Assembly: GCA_034530615.2 (NCBI GenBank)
Contig: JAVRCV020000031.1
Coordinates: 144,450-208,449, forward strand
Direction: 5' to 3'
Source of the DNA: Aulosira sp. ZfuVER01
GTDB taxonomy: Bacteria > Cyanobacteriota > Cyanobacteriia > Cyanobacteriales > Nostocaceae
Length of the DNA stretch: 64,000 bases
Shown here piece by piece: positions 39,971-49,760 of the stretch; position 1 is the first letter of the stretch, and every line of letters begins with the position of its first letter. Under the pieces are notes generated by a model, which was given only the letters and a program-made list of their open reading frames with translations, had not been told where the DNA came from and did not search any database. Position numbers and translations under genes: made by a program.

Positions 39971-40594
39971 TCAGCGACAAATCAGCCCTAGCCAATGGGG
40001 GTAAGCGTAAGAATCTGCGATCGCTAGTCGGGAATTTTGATAAGTATGGAATACCCATATGGCTGTAGCTTGTAAGTTTTCCAGCCGACGGCTATCTTCG
40101 CCAAAAGCTTCAAAAGCTAGACTCCACCAAGTATTTTCTTGAACCGTCAAATTAGTGATTTCTACACTACAACCGTTATCGATATGTTCGTTAGTTGTAA
40201 CGGCTTGTACCGAAAAATCAGCTAAAACTTGAAAAAGCTGAGAATAGCGAACTTTCTGCACACTCACCCACGAAGGATTGCCTAAAACCATAGCAGGCTG
40301 GAAACTTTCGCCTTTGGAATCTTCACACAGCCATTTACCCCATTTTTCTCCTTTACCTGTGACTAATCCCCCAAAATGCATGACACCTAGTTCTGCTTGA
40401 CGCCATTTAACTTCTAGCCTTCCCTGTCGCAGTTTGATTCCCAAGAAATCACATCCTGGGGAGTAAAGGTAAAGATCTTCCCGTTCTTCTGGTGATTTTA
40501 ACAGGTCAATCAAACAATTTTGCTGAAACCAAACTTGAATATTATCTGGGAGCTTGCCAGGATAAAACCAGCGCAATTCGTGACTGATCAACAT
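39971..40594 (-). CDS. Hypothetical protein, CYTH-like (triphosphate tunnel) fold suspected
   Basis: N-terminal HELRWF, REDLYL, IKLRQGRLEVK, VQKVR, CSVE and C-terminal SYAYP resemble the CYTH motif order. Confidence 0.55.
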   Translation of the reverse strand: MLISHELRWFYPGKLPDNIQVWFQQNCLIDLLKSPEEREDLYLYSPGCDFLGIKLRQGRLEVKWRQAELGVMHFGGLVTGKGEKWGKWLCEDSKGESFQPAMVLGNPSWVSVQKVRYSQLFQVLADFSVQAVTTNEHIDNGCSVEITNLTVQENTWWSLAFEAFGEDSRRLENLQATAIWVFHTYQNSRLAIADSYAYPHWLGLICR

Positions 40595-40698
40595 AAATTC
40601 GTTGATTATCTTTAGTTATTTAACAGCGTCCCGGTTGATGGGACAATGAGAAATTGTGCCTGCCTTATTTAGCTTCCAGTCCAAAGGAATTTATAAAA

Positions 40699-41244
40699 AT
40701 GTGGAAACGAATTGCATTCATGTTGCTATTGGTATTGAGTTTTAGCCTAAGTAACCCTGGTGTCGCAGCTGCGGCTGGACTCAAAAACTTCATAAACACT
40801 ACTAATGGCTATGAGTTCTCATATCCTAACGGCTGGGTGCAAGTTAAAGTTGCCAACGGCCCTGATGTAGTGTTTCACGATCTGATTGAAATCAGTGAAA
40901 ACGTCTCAGTAGTAATTAGTCCTGTTCCAGAAGGTGAAACTTTAGCACAACTGGGGACACCAACAGAAGTAGGGTATAAGTTAGGTAAGGCTGCTCTCGC
41001 TCCCCCAGACTCTGGCCGTTCAGCTGAATTAGTCAATGCTTTTGAACGAGAATCTGATGGTAAGACATACTACCTCTTAGAGTATGCAGTTAAACTCCCC
41101 AATCAGCAACAGCGACACAATATCGCTAGCGTCGCTGTTAGTCGCGGTAAACTTTTTACTTTTAATGCCTCAATTCCAGAAAGACGTTGGCAGAAAGTTA
41201 AACCTGCGATGGAAGAGGTTGTAAGTTCATTCGTAGTTTATTAA
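40699..41244 (+). CDS. psbP: Photosystem II PsbP-like protein (CyanoP)
   Basis: YEFSYPNGW, VVFHDLIE..ENVSV and LGTPTEVG; ATG 40699 follows AAGGA. Confidence 0.92.
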   Translation: MWKRIAFMLLLVLSFSLSNPGVAAAAGLKNFINTTNGYEFSYPNGWVQVKVANGPDVVFHDLIEISENVSVVISPVPEGETLAQLGTPTEVGYKLGKAALAPPDSGRSAELVNAFERESDGKTYYLLEYAVKLPNQQQRHNIASVAVSRGKLFTFNASIPERRWQKVKPAMEEVVSSFVVY

Positions 41245-41321
41245 TTGATAATAATGGGGGATGGGTGAAGATTAATAGATGATTTTTAATTCCTCTTTCC
41301 CCCTCTTTTTCTACATTTAAT

Positions 41322-41915
41322 ATGGGTATTACACCGTTTGTACTTGCTTCTGCTTCACCAGCGCGACGCCGCTTACTGCAAAGTGTTGGCATTGAACCAA
41401 TAGTTCGCCCTAGCGATTTTGATGAATCGCAAGTCCAGTTAAACAATCCCGATCAGTTGGTGCAAACTCTTTCGCTGCATAAAGCGGAAACTGTAGTTCC
41501 GCAGTTTGAATCAGCTTTAATTATGGGTTGCGACTCGGTTCTGGCTGTTAATGGTGAGATTCATGGTAAACCAGCCGATGCTAACGAAGCGATCGCTCGT
41601 TGGCAGGTAATGCAAGGTAACTTTGGCGACCTTTACACTGGTCATACCTTGATTGACCTGACTCAAAACCGCACTGTGACCAAGTGTCAGGTGACTAGGG
41701 TTTATTTTGTCCAAATGAGCGATCGCGACATTCAAGCTTATGTGGCTACAGGCGAACCTCTCAAATGTGCCGGTGCTTTTGCGCTTGAAGGTTTTGGTAG
41801 CTTGTTTGTAGAAAAAATTGCAGGTTGCCACAGCAACGTCATTGGTCTGAGTTTACCCTTGCTGCGACAGATGCTGGCAGAACTAGGATACAACGTCGTT
41901 GATTTCTGGCCATAG
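41322..41915 (+). CDS. maf: Maf-family nucleoside triphosphate pyrophosphatase
   Basis: [29 protein letters not shown] and NVIGLSL. Confidence 0.95.
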   Translation: MGITPFVLASASPARRRLLQSVGIEPIVRPSDFDESQVQLNNPDQLVQTLSLHKAETVVPQFESALIMGCDSVLAVNGEIHGKPADANEAIARWQVMQGNFGDLYTGHTLIDLTQNRTVTKCQVTRVYFVQMSDRDIQAYVATGEPLKCAGAFALEGFGSLFVEKIAGCHSNVIGLSLPLLRQMLAELGYNVVDFWP

Positions 41916-41939
41916 CCAAAAGTCAACAACAAGTGACTA

Positions 41940-42191
41940 TTAACAAAACTGTCTAGTATGTAGTACCGCCTCACCATGATCGGGAATCCACGCTAGCCAT
42001 TCATCTTCTGCAACCTGACACAATAACAGTGCTTCCTCAAAACTATAGGGATTGGGAAGTTGCAACAGTTTCACCCAGCTAGAAGGTGCAAACTTTTGTG
42101 GTGACTCTTGGGGGTAAGACTTGTTGGTAACATCCAGATTCCGCCTTCTGAGTTGCACTGCAAAATCTGGTCTCTCAGAATCTAGTTTCAT
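41940..42191 (-). CDS. Small hypothetical protein (83 aa)
   Basis: Non-overlapping ORF whose C-terminal half (WVKLLQLPNPYSFEEALLLCQ..DEWLAWIPDHGE) looks like a compact conserved domain. Confidence 0.7.
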   Translation of the reverse strand: MKLDSERPDFAVQLRRRNLDVTNKSYPQESPQKFAPSSWVKLLQLPNPYSFEEALLLCQVAEDEWLAWIPDHGEAVLHTRQFC

Positions 42192-42220
42192 AGCTAATGG
42201 ACTAATATCAAATTATTTCT

Positions 42221-42234
42221 GTAACTAAGGATAC
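42221..42234. promoter_or_regulatory. NtcA-binding consensus (t)GTAACTAAGGATAC(a)
   Basis: GTA-N8-TAC with TGTAAC/ATACA flanks and A/T tracts; 30 nt upstream of the 83-aa ORF start. Confidence 0.6.
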
Positions 42235-42311
42235 AAAATAAATAATACTATTGAAAAGTAACCGTTTTATAACTTTACAGAAATTCCTGGTTTTCATTGG
42301 AAGTCAGTGGG

Positions 42312-42430
42312 AAACTCCATCCCCTTGTGGGTGGAGAGGGATAGCTATCCGCCAACTTGGGGCATTGGTGACTCTTTTCCACGCCTTATTCCCTATTGCC
42401 CAAAAACTTCATCCCCTTGTGGGTCAGTTT
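42312..42430. mobile_element. MITE/PATE-like element bounded by two direct copies of the hairpin AAACT(C/T)CATCCCCTTGTGGGT
   Basis: Copies at 42312-42336 and 42404-42430. Imperfect subterminal hairpins in direct orientation resemble IS200/IS605 ends; no transposase inside. Confidence 0.6.
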
Positions 42431-42471
42431 TTCATCCTCCTTATCCCCCTCATCTCCCCATATCCCCATCT

Positions 42472-42513
42472 GTAGGTTCTGTTACGTTTTCCAGCAACTG
42501 ATGAATGTAGAAT
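42472..42513 (+). promoter_or_regulatory. NtcA-activated (class II) promoter of devBCA
   Basis: GTA-GGTTCTGT-TAC (42472-42485), exactly 22 nt, then TAGAAT (42508-42513). It lies about 0.76 kb upstream of devB, consistent with the known distal NtcA-dependent devB promoter in Anabaena. Confidence 0.85.
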
Positions 42514-43275
42514 TCATTTAACCAAAGTTTGATGGAGTGATTTAAAAGCAGCAGAGAAATTAAGTCTTGGAAGTAGGTATATCAAGACTGTTGATATTCT
42601 TTGTGTATAGAAGCAACAAACTCTGCTGATGAGTTAACCAGAAACTTAAGGAAAAAGAGATATTAGGAATGCTCTATGTGATAGATATTTTTTAATTGGT
42701 CGATGATTAACCGAAGGTAAACTCGCTTTCGTAACCAAATTAGATTCACCAAACCAAACAGTTGATTTTCATATTCCGTTTTACTTTTGTAACTAATACA
42801 TTTCCGGCGAATCAAGCTGTAAAATTGGTTTCTTTGTCAACATCATCACCAACCAAAACCTCGCAAGAGCAAAGTCCAAATATTTAGATAATTGACTTCT
42901 ATAAGGCTGATGTCGGTAATTTTGCATTTGCTAAACTCCACAGTATCACTTCAATGAATCACAGCATCTATCTTGTTGGGGAAAACTTCTAAAATCTAGA
43001 AATTTTTGCAGTTAAAATACGCTTTAAGCATCACAGGCTATGTCGAAGACATTTGCCATATAAGCATCTACCTCATCGTTTTCATCTCATAATAAGAGCC
43101 AGGCTATTTACTAAAAACCCTGTGTAACTAGTAATTCATCACCTTAATTATGAAGAGAGAATGAGTTAGTAGTCAGGACTTTATTCCTGGATTTTAAAGC
43201 ACTAAAGTGCTGACTACTCACTTATCAAAATTTTTTCCTTCAATCAGCACAATTCAGATAAACGGGCAACACATC

Positions 43276-44694
43276 ATGTCAAGGGTGACTGAGAAGCCAC
43301 AGTTAAGGGAGCAGACACTTGAGCAACCTAAAGTTTGGTGGAGCATTGCTGTAGCCCTACCAATAGTCATCGCTGTCGGTGTATTAGGTACAGCTAAAGT
43401 CGAACAGTTGAAAAAATTAGCTTCATCCGTACCTATTAGGCCAATGACCAACAGTATCACTGCTGTGGGGCATTTAGAACCACGCGGAGAAGTAATTAAG
43501 TTATCTGCGCCAATGGCGGGGATGCAAGCGGCGTCGCGAGTTCAACAACTTTTGATTAAAGAGGGTGACAAGGTAAAGCAAGGTCAAGTTGTGGCGATTT
43601 TGGATAATCATGACACCCAAGTAGCTGGACTAGAAGAAGCAAAAGCAAAATTGCAAGAATCTCGCGCCAATCTAGCACAAGTCAGAGCTGGTTCACCAAG
43701 AGATATTCAAGCTCAAACATCTGTAATTGCTCGCTTAGAAGCCCAGTTACGCGGAGAAAGGGATGCACAGCAAGCAACGATCGCTCGGATCGCAGCTCAG
43801 TTAAGTGGCGAAAAACTTGCCCAACAAGCAATGGTTAATCGCCTCGAAGCGGAACTGGGAGGACAAAAAGATACCTTAAGAGCCACACTCACACGCATCC
43901 AAGCTGAACAGCGTAATGCGCAAGTTGATGCTCAACGCTATGAGATGTTGTATAGAGAAGGTGCAATTTCTCAACAGGAACGAGATAGAAGACGCTTAAG
44001 TGCAATCACCAGCAATCAGCAGGTTGTGGAAAGCCAAGCTACTCTCAAACAGACTATTGCAACTATTAGACAGCAAATTGCTGAAGCTAGAGCTAATCAA
44101 GTCAAAACCTTATCCACCTTACAACAACAGCTGATTGAAGCTAAAGTTAACCGCGATAAAACCATAGCAACTTTGCAAAGGCAAATCGATGAAGAAAAAG
44201 CCAAACTCAACCGCCTAATGGAAGTCCGCCCCACTGATGTGCAAATGGCGCAAGCGCAAGTAAGTAATGCGATCGCAATGATGAGAAAAGCGGAAGCAGA
44301 ACTCAAATTGAGTTATGTTAAAGCACCTATTAATGGTGAGATTTTAACCATTCACACCAAGTCGGGAGAAGCGATCAATCAAATGGGAATTGCGGAAATT
44401 GGGCAAACCGATCAAATGATTGTCATCGCTGAAGTAGCTGAAGACAGTATTGGTAGAGTGCGTCTCGGTCAAAATGTTACCGTTACTAGTGACAATGGGG
44501 CTTTTGCTAGTGAATTAAGGGGAACAGTCACAGAGATTGGCAGAAAAATTGGTAAAAAAGATGTACTCAATACAGATCCAGCCGCAGATGTGGATGCCAG
44601 AGTTGTACAAGTGAAAATTGCTCTGACTCCAGAAGATAGCGTCAAAGTTGCTGGTTTAACCTACGCAAAGGTTGTTGTTGAAATTAATAACTAA
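43276..44694 (+). CDS. devB: Heterocyst glycolipid exporter membrane fusion protein DevB
   Basis: GHLEPRGEVIKLSAP, long coiled coil, DPAADVDARVV; about 472 aa from ATG 43276. Confidence 0.9.
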   Translation: MSRVTEKPQLREQTLEQPKVWWSIAVALPIVIAVGVLGTAKVEQLKKLASSVPIRPMTNSITAVGHLEPRGEVIKLSAPMAGMQAASRVQQLLIKEGDKVKQGQVVAILDNHDTQVAGLEEAKAKLQESRANLAQVRAGSPRDIQAQTSVIARLEAQLRGERDAQQATIARIAAQLSGEKLAQQAMVNRLEAELGGQKDTLRATLTRIQAEQRNAQVDAQRYEMLYREGAISQQERDRRRLSAITSNQQVVESQATLKQTIATIRQQIAEARANQVKTLSTLQQQLIEAKVNRDKTIATLQRQIDEEKAKLNRLMEVRPTDVQMAQAQVSNAIAMMRKAEAELKLSYVKAPINGEILTIHTKSGEAINQMGIAEIGQTDQMIVIAEVAEDSIGRVRLGQNVTVTSDNGAFASELRGTVTEIGRKIGKKDVLNTDPAADVDARVVQVKIALTPEDSVKVAGLTYAKVVVEINN

Positions 44695-44946
44695 TACCTC
44701 TATATGGAAATTGTAATTCGTAATTACCTTTCTGCAAGGGTTACAGACATTTCCGATGGGTGGTTTATTTACGCCATGATGTACTAGCCTAATTACAAAG
44801 TTTAGTCTTATTTAGCTAAACAGTTTTTAATATCGGGTTTTAATACTAATTTTTCATGTGGTCTTGGTTTAGATTGCTGGAATATTATTGCGATCAAAAC
44901 TTGTACTCTATCATCCAAAACCCCAAGGTTAAAATTGGTATTGGTA

Positions 44947-46143
44947 ATGATCAACGAACTAATTACTAGTATTTTTCAACCCCATAAGCGCAACAAAAAA
45001 ATACCTTTATCATGGCTTCAACTGACAAGGGAAAGAACTCGTTTAGCCGTGGCTCTGGCAGGGATTGGCTTTGCCGATATTTTGATGTTTATGCAATTAG
45101 GTTTCCGAGATGCTTTGTATTATAGTAACGTTCGCTTTCATACTAGTTTGCAGGGCGACATTATTTTAATCAATAGCCAATCTAATGCTGTCCTGTCGAT
45201 GAAAAGTTTTTCCCAACGGCGCTTATATAAAGCTTTAGATTTACCGACAGTACAATCAGTACATGGGATATATTTGGATTATACAAGCTGGAAAAATCCT
45301 GAAACAGGCCGCCCTCGCAGTATTCTAATATTTGGATTTAATCCTGAAGTAAACTTATTCAACTTACCTGGAGTTCAAGAAAATTTAGAACAACTGAAAC
45401 TACCTGATGTAGTTTTATATGACCGTTCTTCTAGGGTAGAGTATGGGCCAATTGCTGCTAATTTCGAGCAAGGCAAAACTGTGACGGCAGAAGTACGACG
45501 GCGGCGGATAAAAGTAGGAGGACTATTCACTTTAGGTGCATCATTTGGGGCTGACGGTAATCTAATTACTAGTGATGTCAACTTTTTGCGGATATTCAAT
45601 AACCGTCAACGAGGTTTAATTGATATTGGGGTTATTAAATTAAAGCCAGGAGCAAATGCTACTGCTGTAACCCAAGATTTAAGAAATTATCTACCTAAAG
45701 AAATCAATGTTTTAACTAAGCAAGAATTTATCGATTTTGAACGCAATTACTGGGCTAGTAGTACTGCTATTGGGTTTATTTTTACCTTAGGTACAATTAT
45801 GGGTTTTATTGTCGGAACCGTAATTGTTTATCAAATTCTTTATACGGAAGTTGCCGATCATTTGGCAGAGTACGCTACCTTAAAAGCCATAGGCTATACA
45901 CAAAATTATTTATTAACTGTCATACTGCAAGAAGCTTTAATATTAGCAGTAATTGGCTATCTACCTGGATTTACTTTTGCTTTATTTATGTATAAAACTG
46001 CCAGAGATGCCACATTATTACCAGTCTTCATGAGTATAGAAAGAGCAGTATTAGTGCTGATTTTAACTATATTAATGTGTATGATTTCTGGTACAATTGC
46101 TGTGCGAAAGTTACGTTCAGCAGACCCGGCAGATATATTCTAA
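44947..46143 (+). CDS. devC: ABC exporter permease DevC
   Basis: IPLSWLQL, ALAGIGFADILMFMQLGF, EYATLKAIGY and ADPADIF. Confidence 0.92.
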   Translation: MINELITSIFQPHKRNKKIPLSWLQLTRERTRLAVALAGIGFADILMFMQLGFRDALYYSNVRFHTSLQGDIILINSQSNAVLSMKSFSQRRLYKALDLPTVQSVHGIYLDYTSWKNPETGRPRSILIFGFNPEVNLFNLPGVQENLEQLKLPDVVLYDRSSRVEYGPIAANFEQGKTVTAEVRRRRIKVGGLFTLGASFGADGNLITSDVNFLRIFNNRQRGLIDIGVIKLKPGANATAVTQDLRNYLPKEINVLTKQEFIDFERNYWASSTAIGFIFTLGTIMGFIVGTVIVYQILYTEVADHLAEYATLKAIGYTQNYLLTVILQEALILAVIGYLPGFTFALFMYKTARDATLLPVFMSIERAVLVLILTILMCMISGTIAVRKLRSADPADIF

Positions 46144-46306
46144 TTCACCTTGAATACTGAAAATATAATTATTAAAATTTCTCAAAAGTAAAATAATTAT
46201 AAATGCTCAATACTTATCAAAAGTACTAATTTATAATTAATGATTGATAACTTATTTTTGCTACTTCAGCTTAATTTGGAACTGCTAACCTCTAGCTATT
46301 GAATTT

Positions 46307-47023
46307 ATGATGAAACAAGAACCTGTAATTGCTATTAAACATCTCAATCACTACTATGGCAGAGGCGCACTCAAAAGACAGATTTTATTTGATATTAACC
46401 TAGAAATTTATCCTGGAGAAATTGTAATTATGACCGGGCCATCGGGTTCAGGTAAAACAACATTACTGAGCTTAATTGGTGGTTTACGCTCTGTACAAGA
46501 AGGAAGTTTAAAATTTTTAAGTAGAGAATTATTTGGTGCTAGCCAGAACCAATTAGTACAAGTCCGGCGTAAAATTGGCTATATTTTTCAAGCTCATAAT
46601 TTGTTGGGTTTTTTAACCGCCAGACAAAACGTGCAAATGGCAGTAGAGTTAAATGACGAGATTGCACAAAGTGAAGCGATCGCTAAATCAGAAGCCATGC
46701 TTGGGGCGGTTGGCTTAGAGTCAAGAATTAACTACTATCCAGACAATCTTTCTGGGGGTCAAAAACAAAGGATTGCGATCGCGAGGGCTTTGGTGAACCA
46801 TCCCCCGCTAGTATTAGCAGATGAACCTACAGCAGCTTTAGACAAACAATCTGGACGTGATGTTGTAGAAATAATGCAAACTCTTGCCAAAGATCAAGGA
46901 ACTTCTATCTTGTTAGTAACTCATGACAACCGGATTTTGGATATAGCCGATCGCATTGTAGAAATGGAAGATGGCCTTTTGACCCGTGATTCCCAAAGTA
47001 TGGTGAAGAACCATAACTCATAA
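46307..47023 (+). CDS. devA: ABC exporter ATPase DevA
   Basis: GPSGSGKTT, LSGGQKQR and LADEPTAALD; LNHYYG..ALKRQILFDINL N-terminus typical of DevA. Confidence 0.92.
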   Translation: MMKQEPVIAIKHLNHYYGRGALKRQILFDINLEIYPGEIVIMTGPSGSGKTTLLSLIGGLRSVQEGSLKFLSRELFGASQNQLVQVRRKIGYIFQAHNLLGFLTARQNVQMAVELNDEIAQSEAIAKSEAMLGAVGLESRINYYPDNLSGGQKQRIAIARALVNHPPLVLADEPTAALDKQSGRDVVEIMQTLAKDQGTSILLVTHDNRILDIADRIVEMEDGLLTRDSQSMVKNHNS

Positions 47024-47071
47024 AAACGATAGAACTGCACCCTAAAACCCTACTAATTACTTAGCAAAACC

Positions 47072-47875
47072 TTATTTTTTAAATAAAGACTGCTCTAAAT
47101 TTTTGGGGGAATTAGGTTGGCGACTAGTACGGAATGTCACATTCACACCTTCATTTGACTGCTCCAGTACCAAAAGAGGAGTAGGCTTGGCCTTTTGATC
47201 CCAATGCATATGAGCAACGCGGCCTTGAATTGTTGGTTGCCAAGTATCTTCATCTTCAGTGGGACTGAGGTAAGTTTCGATACAGTCAATAATTTGGCTA
47301 ATAGTGGCAGAAGTCGCTTGTGTGGGTAACTTCATTAACCGAATTTGAATGCGAAACAGTACTCGCTTGGCAATGTTGGGCGCAGTACCAGTTTCATACT
47401 CTACATCAAAAATTTCATCTACTTGCCGTCCGGTATTGCTAGCAATCCCTACTTGTCCTTGTTGGGATTGATTTGGACGCAGAGCTTGAGAAATTTTATC
47501 TTTAACTTTGACTTTCATTTGATTAACGATCGCAAAATGAAATACCTCCTCTGACATCCGCATTCGCAGGTAATCTAAGTTAAAGTCCCGTGAGTTAACC
47601 AAATCGGGATTCGTTTCCATTTTGCGAATTGTTTCCAGCGCTAACTTAAACTTTTTCTCTAGTTCCCGCGTGCGGAATTGTTCAAACTTGAGTTTTTTCT
47701 CCAGCTGAGTCATCAAAACTCTGCCATAAACAATTACAGCAATCAGCGCTAAAGCTAGTCCTCCAGAGCCTAAAACTAATACAGGTGGTATTTCTGGAGT
47801 ACTTGCTGGCACCTCCTGAGATACCTTTTTAATCTTTGTGCCTGAAGATTGAGCAATAAATATTGAATTTGACAT
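47072..47875 (-). CDS. Conserved hypothetical protein (single TM plus coiled coil)
   Basis: Long ORF with one hydrophobic helix followed by a heptad-rich segment; no family recognised. Confidence 0.75.
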   Translation of the reverse strand: MSNSIFIAQSSGTKIKKVSQEVPASTPEIPPVLVLGSGGLALALIAVIVYGRVLMTQLEKKLKFEQFRTRELEKKFKLALETIRKMETNPDLVNSRDFNLDYLRMRMSEEVFHFAIVNQMKVKVKDKISQALRPNQSQQGQVGIASNTGRQVDEIFDVEYETGTAPNIAKRVLFRIQIRLMKLPTQATSATISQIIDCIETYLSPTEDEDTWQPTIQGRVAHMHWDQKAKPTPLLVLEQSNEGVNVTFRTSRQPNSPKNLEQSLFKK

Positions 47876-47980
47876 AGTTAGCAAACAGAAAAACTTCTTT
47901 CCTGATGTTTAGGATGCCCAAATCTTGCCTGCCATTTTGCGGTATTATTACTGTTTTTTACAGCTTTCGCTAAATCGTAT

Positions 47981-48844
47981 ATGTACAGACACCTTAGCCA
48001 CTCTGGTAAAGGTTTTATAAACCCCTTACCTCTGTCTCAAGCTGACTCAAGTTGCTGGAACAATATTCGGCTGGTTGCTACAGATATGGATGGCACTTTA
48101 ACCAGCAAAGGAAAATTTACAAGTAAATTACTACAAGCTTTAGAAAATTTGGCAGCAGCAGAAATTCAAGTACTGATTGTTACAGGACGTTCTGCTGGTT
48201 GGGTGAGTGGACTAAATAGTTTAATGCCTGTGGCGGGTGCTATAGCAGAAAATGGAGGACTGTTCTATCTATGTGGAAGCGATAAACCAATACCTTTAAC
48301 ACCCATTCCCGACTTAGCTAACCATCGTCAGCATTTAGCGTCGGCTTTTAGGGAATTACAAATCAAGTTTCCACAAATCCAGGAATCTGATGATAATCGT
48401 TTTCGGATCACCGACTGGACTTTTGATGTAGCTTCTTTAACTCCTACTGAACTACAAACTCTAGCTCATCTCTGTCAAGACATGGGATGGGGATTCACTT
48501 ACAGTAATGTGCAATGCCACATTAAACCCCAAACTCAAGATAAAGCTATTGGGTTGTTGCAAGTATTGCAGAAATATTGGCCTCAATACTCATTTGAACA
48601 GGTGCTTACACTAGGTGATAGCCCCAATGATGAAAGTTTATTTGATCGGCGCTATTTTCCCATATCTGTGGGTGTAGCAAATGTATTAGAGTATGCCACT
48701 CAGTTAGAGCATCAGCCAGCTTACGTGACTTCTGCTAGAGAAGGTGAAGGCTTTTGTGAAGTATCCAATTATCTTTTTTCACCTGTACTCAAACCGAAAA
48801 TAGTAGAGGAAATAAAAAATTCTAGCTTAATTGAGGATGCTTAA
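47981..48844 (+). CDS. HAD-superfamily hydrolase, subfamily IIB
   Basis: DMDGTLT, VTGR, K and GDSPND motifs. Confidence 0.9.
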   Translation: MYRHLSHSGKGFINPLPLSQADSSCWNNIRLVATDMDGTLTSKGKFTSKLLQALENLAAAEIQVLIVTGRSAGWVSGLNSLMPVAGAIAENGGLFYLCGSDKPIPLTPIPDLANHRQHLASAFRELQIKFPQIQESDDNRFRITDWTFDVASLTPTELQTLAHLCQDMGWGFTYSNVQCHIKPQTQDKAIGLLQVLQKYWPQYSFEQVLTLGDSPNDESLFDRRYFPISVGVANVLEYATQLEHQPAYVTSAREGEGFCEVSNYLFSPVLKPKIVEEIKNSSLIEDA

Positions 48845-49760
48845 AAATACCAACTTGATAGTGTAGTTCAGCTAGGATTATTTTCAAAACTGCTGTCAAT
48901 ATTAACCGTCTCTGTTCTAGTAGAGATGGTTCGTATTTAAGAGATGTCCAAAAAAATTGTGCAGCTATCCAACTTTTACGTTTTGATTGAGATGTTTTCA
49001 AAACTTGAAAAGTTAGGTATTGATATAAGCGAGCTAAGGCATAGTTTTTCTTGTGCTGTAGAGATGCCGCTTTTGGATGAGCAAATGCACGTTCAATTAC
49101 CTTCAAAGATTCGGTTTCTTGATTTTTACAATTGCTAGACATTGAGTTTGTAGTTACCCGATATAATATTTGTACTTTTGGAACTACTACAAACTCATAT
49201 TGACTTGCTAAACGCAACCACATATCCCAATCTTCTGCGGCTCTGAGTGACTCATCGAAATTACCAACTTTGGTAAAAGCTTCCTTACGAATTAAAGGAT
49301 TGGAACCATTCTCTAAAAAGTTAGATAGCAGAAGGTTGCTGTAAGCATCACCTGTTACTTTAACTCGTAACCCAGATCTTAAATATTCTCCATCAGCATC
49401 AATATAATCTGTCCAGCTGTATGCTACAGCAGCACTTTTATTTACAAGTAGTAACTGCAATTGACTTTCTAACTTATCACAAGTCCAGATATCGTCAGCA
49501 TCAATAAAAGAGACAAAATCGCAGGAAGCGAGCGATAAACCTCGATTACGACTAGCAGGCAAACCAGCGTTTGGATAAGAAAATATTTTTAATCGAGAGT
49601 CAGGAATACTTTTAATAATCTCTTCTGTAGAGTCTGTTGAGCCATCATTAATTACTATAACTTCTAAATCGTTAAAATTTTGTTTTAAGACAGATTCAAT
49701 AGTTCTTTTTATGGTTTTTTCACCATTATAGACAGGAATAACTACAGATATTGTTGGCAT
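48822..49760 (-). CDS. GT2 glycosyltransferase (HpsG-like paralog)
   Basis: VVIPVYN, INDGSTD, FIDADD, ENGSNPLIRKEA and EDWDMWLRLA. Confidence 0.9.
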   Translation of the reverse strand: MPTISVVIPVYNGEKTIKRTIESVLKQNFNDLEVIVINDGSTDSTEEIIKSIPDSRLKIFSYPNAGLPASRNRGLSLASCDFVSFIDADDIWTCDKLESQLQLLLVNKSAAVAYSWTDYIDADGEYLRSGLRVKVTGDAYSNLLLSNFLENGSNPLIRKEAFTKVGNFDESLRAAEDWDMWLRLASQYEFVVVPKVQILYRVTTNSMSSNCKNQETESLKVIERAFAHPKAASLQHKKNYALARLYQYLTFQVLKTSQSKRKSWIAAQFFWTSLKYEPSLLEQRRLILTAVLKIILAELHYQVGIFKHPQLS

